Source: Bacteroidaceae bacterium
Lineage (GTDB): Bacteria > Bacteroidota > Bacteroidia > Bacteroidales > Bacteroidaceae
Length of the DNA stretch: 57,901 nucleotides
NCBI GenBank assembly: GCA_017558175.1
Contig: JAFYWH010000136.1
Location: 1-57,901, forward strand
Direction of reading: 5' to 3'
The notes under the pieces are model-generated. The model was not told where the DNA came from and ran no database searches. It saw only the letters and a program-made list of their open reading frames with translations. This document shows, in pieces, positions 1-11,300 of this stretch. Position numbers and translations under genes: made by a program. The stretch's first letter is position 1; every line of letters begins with the position of its first letter.

Positions 1-20
1 AACCACTCGAGCATCTCTCC
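1..20 (-). tRNA. 5' end of a tRNA, probably tRNA-Ser (cut by window edge)
   Basis: Reverse complement of 1-20 is GGAGAGATGCTCGAGTGGTT, a typical acceptor stem and D-arm start of bacterial tRNA-Ser; the anticodon lies outside the window. Confidence 0.65.
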
Positions 21-185
21 AAAACGGGATTTTTAGGGTATACTCTTCAAATCGGGTGCAAATTACAAAGAATTTTGGGAATAGCAAGCGATTTGAGTCA
101 CAAAAGTACCTTTTTTTTTCATCTTAGCCTCTTTTAGGGGGGATAATATTAAAAACACCCCCCTTTTTTAATATCTTTTAAAGAC

Positions 186-971
186 TTATTCAGAGATTTT
201 GAAGACTTTTAAGGCATTTACCGTAGTTTGGCGTTCTACTTCTCCGATTTCCTTTTCATATAGTTCGGCAAGCTTCACGGCCACCCTTTTCACATAGGCA
301 GATTCATTCCTTTTCCCGCGGAACGGCACAGGTGCCAGATACGGGGAGTCGGTTTCGAGTACCAAACGCTCCAGAGGCACATGCTTGAGAGCTTCGGGCA
401 AGGTACTTTTCTTGAAAGTTACCACCCCGTTGATACCTATCATGAAGCGGGTATAATCTACCAGTTGCAAGGCTTCGTCTATGGTACCGGTAAAGCTATG
501 GAAAACGCCCGTAAGGGGTGTATTCTTATAGGATTCCAGAAGGCTGAACAGTTCGGGAAAGGCATCGCGGCAGTGCAACACCACCGGCAAGTCCCACTCT
601 AATGCCCACTGAATCTGTTCTTCCAGCACCTGCTGCTGCTCCTTGAGCCAGGTCTTGTCCCAATAGAGGTCGAGACCCACTTCGCCAATGGCGATATAGG
701 AATGCCCTTCGACCAGGTGACGCTTCATGTGACGTACCTTATATATATCGTCGGGACCTTCTACCGAGGTGGGATGGAAACCGAGCATGGGATAGCAATA
801 TCCAGGATTCTGACGACAGGTGTCGAGCATGGCATCGAGGCTGGTATCGTCGATGTTCGGCAGGAACAGCTTCTGTACGCCCACTTCCTTGGCTCTGGCA
901 ATGGCTTCCGCACGGTCTTCCGCAAATTCTTCGGCAAAGATATGTGAGTGAGTATCTATCATAATTATCAT
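186..971 (-). CDS. tatD: TatD family deoxyribonuclease
   Basis: DTHSH, AIGEVGLD, LHCR, HSF and ETDSPY motifs. Confidence 0.95.
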   Translation of the reverse strand: MIIMIDTHSHIFAEEFAEDRAEAIARAKEVGVQKLFLPNIDDTSLDAMLDTCRQNPGYCYPMLGFHPTSVEGPDDIYKVRHMKRHLVEGHSYIAIGEVGLDLYWDKTWLKEQQQVLEEQIQWALEWDLPVVLHCRDAFPELFSLLESYKNTPLTGVFHSFTGTIDEALQLVDYTRFMIGINGVVTFKKSTLPEALKHVPLERLVLETDSPYLAPVPFRGKRNESAYVKRVAVKLAELYEKEIGEVERQTTVNALKVFKISE

Positions 972-974
972 TTT

Positions 975-1078
975 AATCCCCCTTGTGAAGGGGGCCAGGG
1001 GGATGTTCCATTGGACTAATATTACTCCATACCGCCATGCGGATGTTACATCCCCCTACCCCCTTCTTAAGGGGGATT
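975..1078. repeat. REP-doublet (REPIN-like) element, family A copy 1
   Basis: AATCCCCCTTGTGAAGGGGGCCAGGGGGATGT ... ACATCCCCCTACCCCCTTCTTAAGGGGGATT inverted arms; same arms at 3835 and 8267. Confidence 0.85.
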
Positions 1079-1100
1079 TCTTTTATTTTATCTTTTCAAA

Positions 1101-2087
1101 TCAAACTTTTCTACCCATCAGGCTACAAGCAAACTCCTTCAGCATAGCCTTACGTTCAGCCGATACTGACACTTTTTCCAAAACATCGAGGCCTTCGGCA
1201 TAAAGCGCTTCGATCTTTTCTTCGCAACGCTTGCCCACTCCTATCTCGTTGTAGATGGCAGTTACGGCAGCAATCTTTTCGGCCGGATCATAATCGAAGG
1301 CATTGAGCCATGATTCCAATGAGGCACGCTGCTCGTCGTTGGCCTGTTCGAGGGCGGTAATAAGCATGTAGGTCTTCTTGTTGCAGAGGATGTCTCCGCC
1401 AATGTTCTTTCCGAATACCTTCGGGTCGCCATACACATCGAGCCAGTCATCTTGCAACTGAAAGGCCAACCCCATCTTTACGCCGAATTCGTACAAAAGG
1501 GCAGCATCTTCGGCAGGAGCACCGGCCATATAGGCACCAATCTTCAAGGCTGCAGCCAAGAGAACGGATGTCTTGAGGCGAATCATCTCGATGTACTCGT
1601 CTACCTTCACATCCATGCGTTTTTCGAACTCCATGTCCCACTGCTGTCCTTCGCAGATTTCCATGGTGGTTTCGGTAAAGATGTGCAGCACTTCGGCCAG
1701 CTTGTCTTGCGGACAGTCGGCCATCAGTCGGTAAGCAAGGATGAGCATGGCATCGCCGGAGAGGATGGCGGTATTCTCGTTCCACACGTTATGCACGGTG
1801 GGTTTGTTACGACGCATATCCGCCTTATCCATCACATCGTCGTGCAGAAGGGTGTGGTTGTGATAGGTTTCCAACCCTACGGCTTGCGAGAGGATGGCGT
1901 CCACGTTTTCCTGATAGAGATTATAGGCCATGAGCATGAGCACGGGGCGGATGCGCTTGCCTCCCAACGAGAGTTCATAGGCGATAGGTTCGTAAAGTCC
2001 TTTCGGCGGACGGGAATAAGGCATGCTCTTCAAGTAGGCATTTACCTTATCCAACAATTGGGTAGCGGTATATGTCATCATTGTCAT
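1101..2087 (-). CDS. ispA: Polyprenyl (farnesyl/geranylgeranyl) diphosphate synthase
   Basis: GGKRIRP, LHDDVMD..RR and FQLQDD motifs. Confidence 0.9.
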   Translation of the reverse strand: MTMMTYTATQLLDKVNAYLKSMPYSRPPKGLYEPIAYELSLGGKRIRPVLMLMAYNLYQENVDAILSQAVGLETYHNHTLLHDDVMDKADMRRNKPTVHNVWNENTAILSGDAMLILAYRLMADCPQDKLAEVLHIFTETTMEICEGQQWDMEFEKRMDVKVDEYIEMIRLKTSVLLAAALKIGAYMAGAPAEDAALLYEFGVKMGLAFQLQDDWLDVYGDPKVFGKNIGGDILCNKKTYMLITALEQANDEQRASLESWLNAFDYDPAEKIAAVTAIYNEIGVGKRCEEKIEALYAEGLDVLEKVSVSAERKAMLKEFACSLMGRKV

Positions 2088-2109
2088 CAGTTTCAGTTAT
2101 TCATTTATG

Positions 2110-2140
2110 AAAAAAGAGAGGCTGCCTTTCGGGCAACCTC
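2110..2140 (-). terminator. Intrinsic terminator after tonB
   Basis: Minus strand GAGGTTGCCC-GAAA-GGCAGCCTC followed by TCTTTTTT. Confidence 0.7.
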
Positions 2141-2164
2141 CCTCTTGATATACGATTTCTAGTA

Positions 2165-2851
2165 TTACTGCAAGCGGAACATTACAGGCAAAGTATACTT
2201 AACGCGTACTTCCTTACCACGTTGCTTACCTGGCTTCCACTTAGGCATTTGGCCTACTACGCGGAGAGCTTCCTTGTCCAAGTATGGGTCTACGCCACGT
2301 GCTACTTGAGCGTCAACGATAGAACCGTCCTTGTTAACCACGAACTGGATGATTACACGGCCTTGTACACCGTTTTCCTGAGAGATAGTTGGGTACTTGA
2401 TGTTCTTACTCAACCACTTCATACATTCACCCATACCACCTGGGAATTCAGGCATTTCTTCTACCACCTGGAAAATCTGCTGTTCTTCCACTTCTTCTTC
2501 TTCCACTTCTACCGGAGTATACTTGATTTCTACTGCAGCCTGAGTATCATCCGATGCCTGGATAGTAGATTCTTCAACCTTAGAGTCGTTGTCCATGATT
2601 TCCAACACTTCTTCTACCTTCGGAGCTTCTGGCGGTGGAGGAGCTTGCTTAGGTTGTTCCTGTTCTGTGATAGGAATAATTTCTTCTTCAAACACAACGT
2701 CAACGAGACCTGAGTCAGTTGTCACCTGCTTGTCGCGTTCACTCCATTCGAACCCAACAAAGAGGACAGCCAAAATCATGATCGCACCGACTAACAGATT
2801 GGTGGTCTTTTTGTTCTCCAAATCTGCCTTAGGGGATTTTTTAACTTCCAT
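2165..2851 (-). CDS. tonB: Energy transducer TonB
   Basis: N-terminal TM, Pro/Glu-rich linker, C-terminal YP..GVQGRV..LDKEALRVV..WKPG TonB_C domain. Confidence 0.92.
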   Translation of the reverse strand: MEVKKSPKADLENKKTTNLLVGAIMILAVLFVGFEWSERDKQVTTDSGLVDVVFEEEIIPITEQEQPKQAPPPPEAPKVEEVLEIMDNDSKVEESTIQASDDTQAAVEIKYTPVEVEEEEVEEQQIFQVVEEMPEFPGGMGECMKWLSKNIKYPTISQENGVQGRVIIQFVVNKDGSIVDAQVARGVDPYLDKEALRVVGQMPKWKPGKQRGKEVRVKYTLPVMFRLQ

Positions 2852-3017
2852 AAAAATTTATTTAAAAAATTAGTGTGATTTCCACGTTATCTGCGCAAAT
2901 GTAGCATATTTATTTCAATTAAAAAGCATTTATACATAAAAAATATACTAAAAACTCAGTTTTTTCCCGGATTCTGGTGAACGAGCGGTTGTTTTTGTTA
3001 TCTTTGTACATCTTTCA

Positions 3018-3102
3018 TGTCATCCAGAGCGAAGCGAAGGATCTCGAGAGCATATAGTGGATGTCTCCAAGATTCTTCCTCCCTTCGGTCGTCTGAATGA
3101 CA
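3018..3102. repeat. TGTCAT...ATGACA REP-like element, family B copy 1
   Basis: TGTCATCCAGAGCGAAGCGAAGGATCTC ... GATTCTTCCTCCCTTCGGTCGTCTGAATGACA; right end is homologous to the element at 4823-4932. Confidence 0.7.
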
Positions 3103-3133
3103 AGCACAAAAAAACCAAATTTATATTATATAT

Positions 3134-3823
3134 ATGAAGAAAATAACAATCGCCATCGACGGATATTCGTCTTGCGGAAAGAGCACCATGGCCAAGGATT
3201 TGGCTCGTGAAGTGGGTTACATCTATATAGACAGCGGTGCCATGTATCGCGCCGTAACTTTGTATTGTTTGCAGAACGGCCTATTTACTGAAGCAGGCAT
3301 CGATGCTGCAAGCTTGGAAGCTGCCATGCCACAGGTCCGCATCTCCTTCCAGCTGAATCCGGAAACCCAACGCCCGATGACTTTCCTCAACGGCGAGAAT
3401 GTGGAAGACCTCATCCGCACCATGGAGGTATCGAACCACGTGAGTCCGGTAGCTGCTCTTCCTTTCGTTCGCGAAGCCATGGTGAAACTTCAACAGGACA
3501 TGGGCAAGGAAAAGGGTATCGTGATGGACGGACGCGACATTGGTACAGCCGTATTCCCGGATGCCGAGCTGAAGATTTTCGTAACCGCATCGGCCGAAAT
3601 CCGCGCTCAACGTCGCTACGACGAACTGAAGGCTAAGGGACAGGAAGCATCGTTCGAAGAAATCCTAACCAACGTGAAGGAACGCGACTACATCGACCAG
3701 AACCGTGCCGTCAGTCCGCTCCGCCAAGCCGAAGATGCTCTTTTGTTGGACAATAGTAACCTCACCATCGAGGAACAGAAGCAATGGCTGGCTGAACGCT
3801 TTAAGGAAGCGGTGAAGGAGTAA
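3134..3823 (+). CDS. cmk: Cytidylate kinase
   Basis: IAIDG..SCGKST, DSGAMYR and MDGRDIGT motifs. Confidence 0.97.
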   Translation: MKKITIAIDGYSSCGKSTMAKDLAREVGYIYIDSGAMYRAVTLYCLQNGLFTEAGIDAASLEAAMPQVRISFQLNPETQRPMTFLNGENVEDLIRTMEVSNHVSPVAALPFVREAMVKLQQDMGKEKGIVMDGRDIGTAVFPDAELKIFVTASAEIRAQRRYDELKAKGQEASFEEILTNVKERDYIDQNRAVSPLRQAEDALLLDNSNLTIEEQKQWLAERFKEAVKE

Positions 3824-3834
3824 ACCCATACTAC

Positions 3835-3929
3835 ATCCCCCTTATGAAGGGGGCCAGGGGGATGTTTCACAAGACAGGGCAAAACAAAGCCAACGGAACA
3901 TCCCCCCTACCCCCTTCACAAGGGGGATT
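3835..3929. repeat. REP-doublet element, family A copy 2
   Basis: ATCCCCCTTATGAAGGGGGCCAGGGGGATGTT ... AACATCCCCCCTACCCCCTTCACAAGGGGGATT. Confidence 0.85.
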
Positions 3930-3954
3930 AAACCCAAAAATAAGAAAAAGACCA

Positions 3955-4815
3955 ATGCTTAACATAGAAATAGACTCAGGTTCGGGATTCTGCTTCGGGG
4001 TGACTACCGCCATTCAAAAAGCCGAAGAAGAATTGGCCAAGGGCAATACACTCTATTGCCTGGGCGACATCGTGCATAATGGTCAAGAGTGCGAACGGCT
4101 GAAAGCCATGGGCCTCATCACCATCAACCACGAGGAGTTTGCCCAACTGCATGATGTAAAGGTACTGCTCCGCGCACATGGTGAACCGCCCGCCACCTAC
4201 GAGCTGGCACGAAAAAACAACATCGAAATCATCGATGCCACATGTCCGGTGGTGCTCCGCTTGCAAAAACGCATCAAGCAGGAATACGACAAGGCATCCG
4301 GCCAACAGATCGTGATCTATGGAAAGAACGGTCATGCCGAGGTTTTGGGATTGGTAGGACAAACCAACGGAGAGGCCATCGTCATCGAGGGTTTGAAGGA
4401 GGTAAACCGCTTGGATTTCTCGAAAGACATCCGCCTGTACTCGCAAACCACCAAGTCACTTGATGAGTTCCGTCAGATAGTGGAGTACATCCAGGAGCAC
4501 ATCGCACCAGATGCCACATTCGAGTATCACGATACCATCTGCCGACAGGTGGCCAATCGTATGCCGAACATCCGCCAGTTTGCCGCAAGCCACGACCTGA
4601 TTTTCTTTGTATGCGGACGAAAGAGCTCGAACGGAAAAATCCTTTTCCATGAATGCAAGCAGGTAAACCCGAACACGTACCTCATCGACCAACCGGGAGA
4701 GATAGACCGCAACGTGCTCGAAGGAGCCAAATCCATCGGTATCTGCGGAGCGACTTCTACCCCCAAGTGGCTGATGGAAGAGTGCAAGAAAGTGATATTA
4801 GAAGGAAAACAATAA
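3955..4815 (+). CDS. ispH: 4-hydroxy-3-methylbut-2-enyl diphosphate reductase
   Basis: GFCFGV, IVHN, RAHG, DATCP, SQTT, DTIC, SSN and GATSTP motifs; start moved to ATG 3955 because the upstream extension is repeat-derived. Confidence 0.96.
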   Translation: MLNIEIDSGSGFCFGVTTAIQKAEEELAKGNTLYCLGDIVHNGQECERLKAMGLITINHEEFAQLHDVKVLLRAHGEPPATYELARKNNIEIIDATCPVVLRLQKRIKQEYDKASGQQIVIYGKNGHAEVLGLVGQTNGEAIVIEGLKEVNRLDFSKDIRLYSQTTKSLDEFRQIVEYIQEHIAPDATFEYHDTICRQVANRMPNIRQFAASHDLIFFVCGRKSSNGKILFHECKQVNPNTYLIDQPGEIDRNVLEGAKSIGICGATSTPKWLMEECKKVILEGKQ

Positions 4816-4822
4816 AAAAAAA

Positions 4823-4932
4823 TGTCATTCAGACCGAGACGAAGACGTGTTGTTGAGGGCTTGCCCGAAAAATATCGAAGACAACCACTCTATGTTAACG
4901 AGACCCTTCTTCCCTATGGTCGTCCGAATGAC
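4823..4932. repeat. TGTCAT...ATGACA REP-like element, family B copy 2
   Basis: TGTCATTCAGAC ... CCCTATGGTCGTCCGAATGACA terminal inverted repeat. Confidence 0.65.
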
Positions 4933-4970
4933 AACTATTTAGCAAAATATAACTATAAAACATAACAATT

Positions 4971-5951
4971 ATGGCAAGAATTAATTCTATCGGTATTTTG
5001 ACATCCGGAGGCGATGCTCCCGGTATGAATGCTGCTATCCGTGCGGTGACCCGTGCGGCTATTTGCAACGGTTTGAAAGTATACGGTATCTATAGAGGAT
5101 ATAAAGGTTTGGTGACCGACGAAATTGTAGAATTCAAGTCTCAGAACGTAAGTAACATCATCCAGATGGGTGGTACCATCTTGAAGACTGCACGCTGCCA
5201 GGAATTCAAGACTGCTGAAGGTCGTGCTCAGGCTTATGAAAACATGAAGAAGCATGGCATCGATGCCTTGGTAGTGATTGGTGGTGACGGTTCGTTAACC
5301 GGTGCCCGCATCCTCGCTCAGGAATTCGACATCCCATGTATCGGTTTGCCAGGCACTATCGACAACGACTTGTATGGAACAGATACCACCATTGGTTACG
5401 ATACAGCCTTGAACACCATCCTCGATGCAGTAGACAAGATTCGCGATACTGCCACATCGCACGAACGTTTGTTCTTCGTGGAAGTCATGGGTCGTGACGC
5501 TGGTTTCTTGGCATTGAACGGCGCAATTGCTGCCGGTGCCGAAGCAGCCATCATCCCGGAATTCAGTACTGAAGTCGACCAGTTGGAACAATTCATCAAC
5601 CATGGTTTCAAGAAGTCTAAGAGCAGTAGTATTGTGTTGGTAGCCGAAAGTGAATTGACTGGTGGCGCTATGCACTATGCAGAACGTGTGAAGAACGAAT
5701 ATCCACAATACGATGTACGTGTAACTATCCTCGGTCACTTGCAACGTGGTGGTCGTCCTACAGCTCACGACCGTATCATTGCTAGCCGTATGGGTGTGGC
5801 AAGTATCCAAGCCCTCTTGGAAGGCCAACGCAACGTGATGATCGGTATTGAAAACGACAAGATTGTGTATGTACCATTCGCCAAGGCTATCAAGAACGAC
5901 AAACCTATCGACAGAGAATTGGTGAATGTGTTGGCAGAATTGTCAATCTAA
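4971..5951 (+). CDS. pfkA: ATP-dependent 6-phosphofructokinase
   Basis: [27 protein letters not shown] and LGHLQRGG motifs. Confidence 0.98.
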   Translation: MARINSIGILTSGGDAPGMNAAIRAVTRAAICNGLKVYGIYRGYKGLVTDEIVEFKSQNVSNIIQMGGTILKTARCQEFKTAEGRAQAYENMKKHGIDALVVIGGDGSLTGARILAQEFDIPCIGLPGTIDNDLYGTDTTIGYDTALNTILDAVDKIRDTATSHERLFFVEVMGRDAGFLALNGAIAAGAEAAIIPEFSTEVDQLEQFINHGFKKSKSSSIVLVAESELTGGAMHYAERVKNEYPQYDVRVTILGHLQRGGRPTAHDRIIASRMGVASIQALLEGQRNVMIGIENDKIVYVPFAKAIKNDKPIDRELVNVLAELSI

Positions 5952-5959
5952 CAAAATAG

Positions 5960-5988
5960 AAAAGAGAGCTAAAAGCTCTCTTTTTTTT
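5960..5988. terminator. Bidirectional terminator between convergent pfkA and meaB
   Basis: AAAAGAGAGCT-AAA-AGCTCTCTTTTTTTT. Confidence 0.8.
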
Positions 5989-7087
5989 ATTTCAATAATT
6001 GGAAATAAGTGTCCAACAAATGCTTGGCTGCCACGAAGGATGTCTGCTGACCATTGAGCACTTCCTTTTCCTTGGCCATGAGCATAGTCTCGATGGTAGG
6101 ATTGTTGTAGAAGCTATCGCGCAGATGCTCGTTGATGGTTTCGTACATCCAATACTTGGCCTGCTCGTTACGGCGGTAATCGAAGTAGCCATTCTTCTTC
6201 ACGAACACGAAGTATTCATCAATCATGTCCCAAATTTCCTTGATGCCCAAGCCGTAGAATCCGGAGTATGTGAGTACCTTCGGTGTCCATCCTGAATCGG
6301 GTGTAGGGAACAGGTGGAGCGCATTGCGGAAGTGGCTGGCTGCCAACTTCGCCTTCTCTATATTACTACCGTCCGCCTTATTGATTACGATGCCGTCCGC
6401 CATTTCCATGATACCGCGCTTGATGCCTTGAAGCTCATCGCCAGTGCCTGCCAACTGAATGAGCAGGAAGAAATCGACCATGGAGTGAACAGCTGTTTCG
6501 CTCTGTCCTACCCCTACGGTTTCCACAAAAATCTTATCGAATCCGGCTGCCTCGCAAAGAATGATGGTCTCGCGGGTCTTGCGGGCTACCCCACCCAACG
6601 AACCAGCCGATGGACTAGGACGAATAAATGCCTTGGGATGAACGGAAAGCTTCTCCATACGAGTCTTGTCGCCCAAGATACTGCCCTTGGTTCGTTCGCT
6701 ACTCGGATCGATGGCCAATACTGCCAACTTGCCTCCTTGTTCCAATACATGAAGGCCGAACACATCGATGGACGTACTCTTTCCGGCACCCGGAACGCCA
6801 CTGATACCGATACGTACCGATTTTCCCGAATACGGCAAACATTTCTCAATCACTTCCTGCGCAATGGCCTGATGTTCCGGTTTCAAGCTTTCCACCATGG
6901 TCACCGCCTGACTAAGAACTGTTACATTGCCTTGCACAATGCCTTCTACAAACTCGGACACCGAATATTCCTTACGCTTCGGCTTCTTGCGGAGTTTGAG
7001 ATATGGATTGACAATGGAAGGCTGTTCGATACCTGCATTTACGGTCAAGCCTTTATATTCTTCACTGTTTTCGGGATGTTCCATCAT
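5987..7087 (-). CDS. meaB: Methylmalonyl-CoA mutase-associated GTPase MeaB/ArgK
   Basis: GVPGAGKST, AIDPSS..GSILGDKTRM, ETVGVGQSE and NKAD motifs. Confidence 0.95.
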   Translation of the reverse strand: MMEHPENSEEYKGLTVNAGIEQPSIVNPYLKLRKKPKRKEYSVSEFVEGIVQGNVTVLSQAVTMVESLKPEHQAIAQEVIEKCLPYSGKSVRIGISGVPGAGKSTSIDVFGLHVLEQGGKLAVLAIDPSSERTKGSILGDKTRMEKLSVHPKAFIRPSPSAGSLGGVARKTRETIILCEAAGFDKIFVETVGVGQSETAVHSMVDFFLLIQLAGTGDELQGIKRGIMEMADGIVINKADGSNIEKAKLAASHFRNALHLFPTPDSGWTPKVLTYSGFYGLGIKEIWDMIDEYFVFVKKNGYFDYRRNEQAKYWMYETINEHLRDSFYNNPTIETMLMAKEKEVLNGQQTSFVAAKHLLDTYFQLLK

Positions 7088-7094
7088 AGCAATA

Positions 7095-8168
7095 TCATTT
7101 AGCGGTTACTTTCACTTTTACGATGACCTTCGGGCAATTCGGGTCGTTGGTAATCATCAATACACGCGGTGTACCCTTTACCTTCTTCAAGAATTTGCCG
7201 TAAGCTGTAATCTTCATCTTCGTACTTGCCCCCGGTTTCAAGACGCGCTTCTTGAGCTGTACGCCCAAAGCCGAATTGAACACCTGCAAATCGGTAATTT
7301 CCAAATCGCTCTTGCCCACATTAGTCACCACCACTTTCTGCGATTTCTTTTCATTCTCAGCCAATGCCGGGAAGACGAGTTCCTCGGCCGACAATTCCAC
7401 AGCCGGCGGATTCAAGCGTTGTTCCTGACTCATGTTGCTGAAATCGGGCAAAAGAACAGCCGATACCGGAATGGAGTTTTCATCGCTTACCTTATCGCCT
7501 GGGAAACGCGAGAGGTAGACGGTAGCCGTAGTCAAACCGAACTTCGGCAACTTGTCGGTATCGAGGGTTACCTTAATCTTACCTGTAGCCTTCTTGCCGA
7601 TGCGTTCCGGTATAGCTACTGCTTCCAAGTATGGAGGCAAGTGCATGAGCACCGGTGTATAGACTTCGCTGGTGGTATTCGCTACCTGGATTTCCATGGT
7701 CGGCTTATCGCCCTTGTGGGTATCGTCGAACTCGATGGCATCCTTATCCAAACGAATGGCACCGATTTCTATCGGATGCGTCAAGGTATAGTTCTTAGGA
7801 TCGGCACTTACCTCTCCGCTGATCATCAAGTAAATGGGGCGGTCGGACGCATTGCAATACACGCCGATGTCTTTATAAAAATGTCCCAACGCCTTGGCAT
7901 CGAAAGTGGTTGTTACAGTTCCTTTGGATCCTGGTGCAATGGGATCCTTAGTCCAATCGGCCAAGGTACAACCGCAAGAGGTAGTGACATTGGAGATGAC
8001 CAACGGCTTGTCGCCATCGTTCTTCACCGTGAATGTAGCGGTAGCAGGATGCTTCCACAGCACCACTCCAAACTCATGTACCTTCTTGTCAAAAGTCGCC
8101 TTGGCTTGAGCGAAACCTGCTGCACAAGCTGCCGTCCAAAGCAATATCGTCATTAAAACTTGTTTCAT
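7095..8168 (-). CDS. DUF1573 Ig-like repeat secreted protein
   Basis: Signal peptide; N.GDKPLVI..V.TSCGCT motif; repeated Ig-like segments. Confidence 0.85.
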   Translation of the reverse strand: MKQVLMTILLWTAACAAGFAQAKATFDKKVHEFGVVLWKHPATATFTVKNDGDKPLVISNVTTSCGCTLADWTKDPIAPGSKGTVTTTFDAKALGHFYKDIGVYCNASDRPIYLMISGEVSADPKNYTLTHPIEIGAIRLDKDAIEFDDTHKGDKPTMEIQVANTTSEVYTPVLMHLPPYLEAVAIPERIGKKATGKIKVTLDTDKLPKFGLTTATVYLSRFPGDKVSDENSIPVSAVLLPDFSNMSQEQRLNPPAVELSAEELVFPALAENEKKSQKVVVTNVGKSDLEITDLQVFNSALGVQLKKRVLKPGASTKMKITAYGKFLKKVKGTPRVLMITNDPNCPKVIVKVKVTAK

Positions 8169-8266
8169 CTTTTCATAATTCTTGTTACAGATAGCAAAGA
8201 TACATATTTATTTCGGGAATCCTTTTTGTTTTCTGATTATTTCCTTAGAATGCAAAGGATAAACGT

Positions 8267-8369
8267 AATCCCCCTTGTGAAGGGGGCAGGGGGATGTTTC
8301 TTAGGACATGCCGAAAGCCACTGCTCCTATCCTATGGAACATCCCCCTACACCCCCTTCACAAGGGGGA
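8267..8369. repeat. REP-doublet element, family A copy 3
   Basis: AATCCCCCTTGTGAAGGGGGCAGGGGGATGTT ... AACATCCCCCTACACCCCCTTCACAAGGGGGA. Confidence 0.85.
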
Positions 8370-8375
8370 GGAGTA

Positions 8376-11300
8376 CTATTCTACCACCAACCGCCCACCT
8401 TCGCCATGACCGCCAAATTCGGGTGCATAAACCGACTGAACCATAGCGATGCCTTGCTGATACACTCCCGAGGAAGTGACATACACCTGGTACGAGAATT
8501 CATAAATACCCTTGCGCATCTGGTCGATATAGAAAGCCGTGGACGAATCCTTGGTTTCCTGATAATATCCGATACGGTTGTTCCATCGGTAACCCGAGAG
8601 AGCATCCACCGGCTCCATACAAGCAGCACGCTCGTCCTTCACCTGCACGAAATCCATGTCTCGATCGGCCACCACAGTAAGGCGAATCTCCAACTTATCG
8701 CCTACCATCAAGGCATCTCCTTCGGCCAATGGTTTGCCATCTTTATAGATGGTGCGAGCTACCTTCAAGGCATTACCTTGGGCGGAAACCTTATCCATAT
8801 CTTCCTCGAATTCAGCATAAACGGCTCCCCAACCGATGCCAGCCGATTCTTTGGTAACCGTTGCTTGACGAATCTTCAAGACATTACCGGAAACTTCCTG
8901 ACGGACATATCCCAACGCATCGGCAGGAGTCTGAATCACTTCCTTACCCACACGGATGACTGCTGCACTTGAATTGTCCAACCAATCCTTGCCCGTGGTG
9001 AGCAAAGCATAAACGGCATCGGTAGTAGCTACCGGCGTTTCCCAAGCCTGTGTCTGCTTCTGCTTCAGGAGCCATTGCTTCATTTCTTCCAATATCTGCT
9101 CATCACCCGTTATCCGCTTGATAGCTTCGATGGCTGCTACCTGAGTCGGAATTCGGTAACTGAACCACGAATAATGCGCCTTGGGCGAATCGAAATAGCG
9201 ACCCATTTCCTCGTTGGATACGGTATATTGCATCAACGACTCGAGGAATTCCTTGGCCATGACTTCCTTGCCTGCCTCCTTTAAGACGATGGCCGACAAA
9301 GCTTTGCCGTAGATGGTCAATCGTGCTGACATACCTTCCAACTTGCAGATGAGGTAGTTCCGAATATCCACCGGAATGCGAAGGTTCTTCTCCAAAGCAT
9401 CGGTATAGAGACATTGCAAAGCCACTTCCGAAGGTCTGATATCCTTGGCACCCTTCTTTTCGGCTTCCTTCATTTCTTGCACTTCTTCGGCCAACCGCTT
9501 GTTCAGATAGCCCCATGCCTGCTGGTTCATCTTCACGACTTCGGTATCCACAAAACCACCGGTCAGCTGCTGCAAGCGAGCTATGAGTTGGGTGATGGAG
9601 GTCGTGATATACAAGCTTCCACCCATGCCTTTGTACCAGCTCCACGAGCCATCTGTATGCTGCAAGTCCTTCAGTTTCAAGGTCGCTTCCGCCAGTTTGG
9701 CATCCATACCCTCCACCTTGAGCGAATCGGCTATGCGAGGTTCCGCCTTGGCGAGATGCGCCAACAAAGCATTGGCATAGTAAGCCGAAGCCCACGAAAG
9801 AGCATTGTCGTTTTCAGGATTGGCCACCACCTTCAAGGCTTGAACGGCATACCACACCGGATTGCCCGTGAACTCGACCACCATCTTCGGACGGCTTACC
9901 GACGAGCTATGATGATTGAACAAGCTCTCCAACGAATAAGTGAACGTACCCTTGCCATTGGTATTCAGCAAGATGCTTTCCGTGAGCTTCTGCTTGTCGC
10001 TGAGCACCGGCAGATAACGTTGTTCGCCATCGCTGAACGTATTGCCATCGGCCACCATGCGAACGGCCAATCCTTCGTACTTGTCGCTCACTTGGAAGCT
10101 GAAAGATACCTTGCCCGTTTCTCCGGCCTTCACCACAAACGGAGATTTCTGCGACAAGATAACCTTTTCGGTATCGGGCACAAAGATTTCCATTCTTGCC
10201 ACACCCTTCGCCTCTTTATCGGAAAGGTTGATGAGCGAAGCCGAAATGTTCACCTGATCGCCCACCCTCACGAAGCGCGGAAGATTGGACTGAAGCATGA
10301 ATTCCTTGCTGGCCACCACCTTGTCCACAAGGCTTCCGTAATCCATATCCTTGGTATGCGCCAACCCCATGAACTTCCATTCGGTAAGGCTTTCGGGAAG
10401 TGTAAACTCGATGCTCACTTCGCCATTGGCATCCGTACGGAGCTGCGGATAGAAGAAGGCGGTCTCTGCAAAGTTGGTACGAAGCTGAACCTTATCGGTG
10501 GATTCCAAAATCGCTTCTTCTATCGCCGAATTTTGCTGCACTATCGGAACGATTTCCTCCTCAAAGACTACCATATCTTCTGTATTTCTCACGCTTCCGA
10601 AAGCCGCAGCTGCTTTGTACACCCGCATGCCTTGAAGTTCCGCCATGTGGTTCTTCGGAATTTCCAGCGTACTATATGACAAAGGGTTAAACTCCAGCAT
10701 CTTGATAGGGAAATAGAAGTACCAATAAGGAGAATACGCATATTCAGTCATCCAATCAAAATTAGGGAAACGTCTTGCAAAGTTCAACCCGAAATGCCAT
10801 GCATGTGGTGCCAACCGATCGAGAGAGGCATCGTACATGGTTGCCAACAATTGGGCATCGGCCGGTTTTCCGTCCGGACGGAGGATGCTCAAGGTCCATG
10901 TTTCCTTCGCTCCTGGCTGCAACTTGTCGCGGAAGGTCTTCCACTTCAATTGCAGAGCCTTATTGGGCTTCGGTTTCTGAATGATCACTTCCTTGGTATG
11001 CAATTTTCCATTCTTCAAGAAGGCGAAAGAGCATCGCAAGCCATCGCCATATTCTTCGCGATAGGTGTAACGGAAGCTTAGCAACGAATCGGAAAACTCC
11101 AGATGCTTACGTTCCATCTTACCATTGCCCGACATCACATCATAGAACAGATAGACATCCTTCTCGCTGCTTCCGAAATAAACGGTAGCCGTTCCGGCTG
11201 TTCCAAACTCCTCACTTGGCTGATAGCACCAGACGTCTGTTCCTTCCGGCAAATGCTTGTCGTTCAGCGACAAAAGGGTAAATGTTACCGTTTGGTCATT

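Noticed and set aside
3844-3954. 37-aa N-terminal extension of IspH, and the similar ORF 985-1203 beginning MKGARGMFH
   Set aside because: Both are translations of the family A repeat; IspH homology starts at ATG 3955
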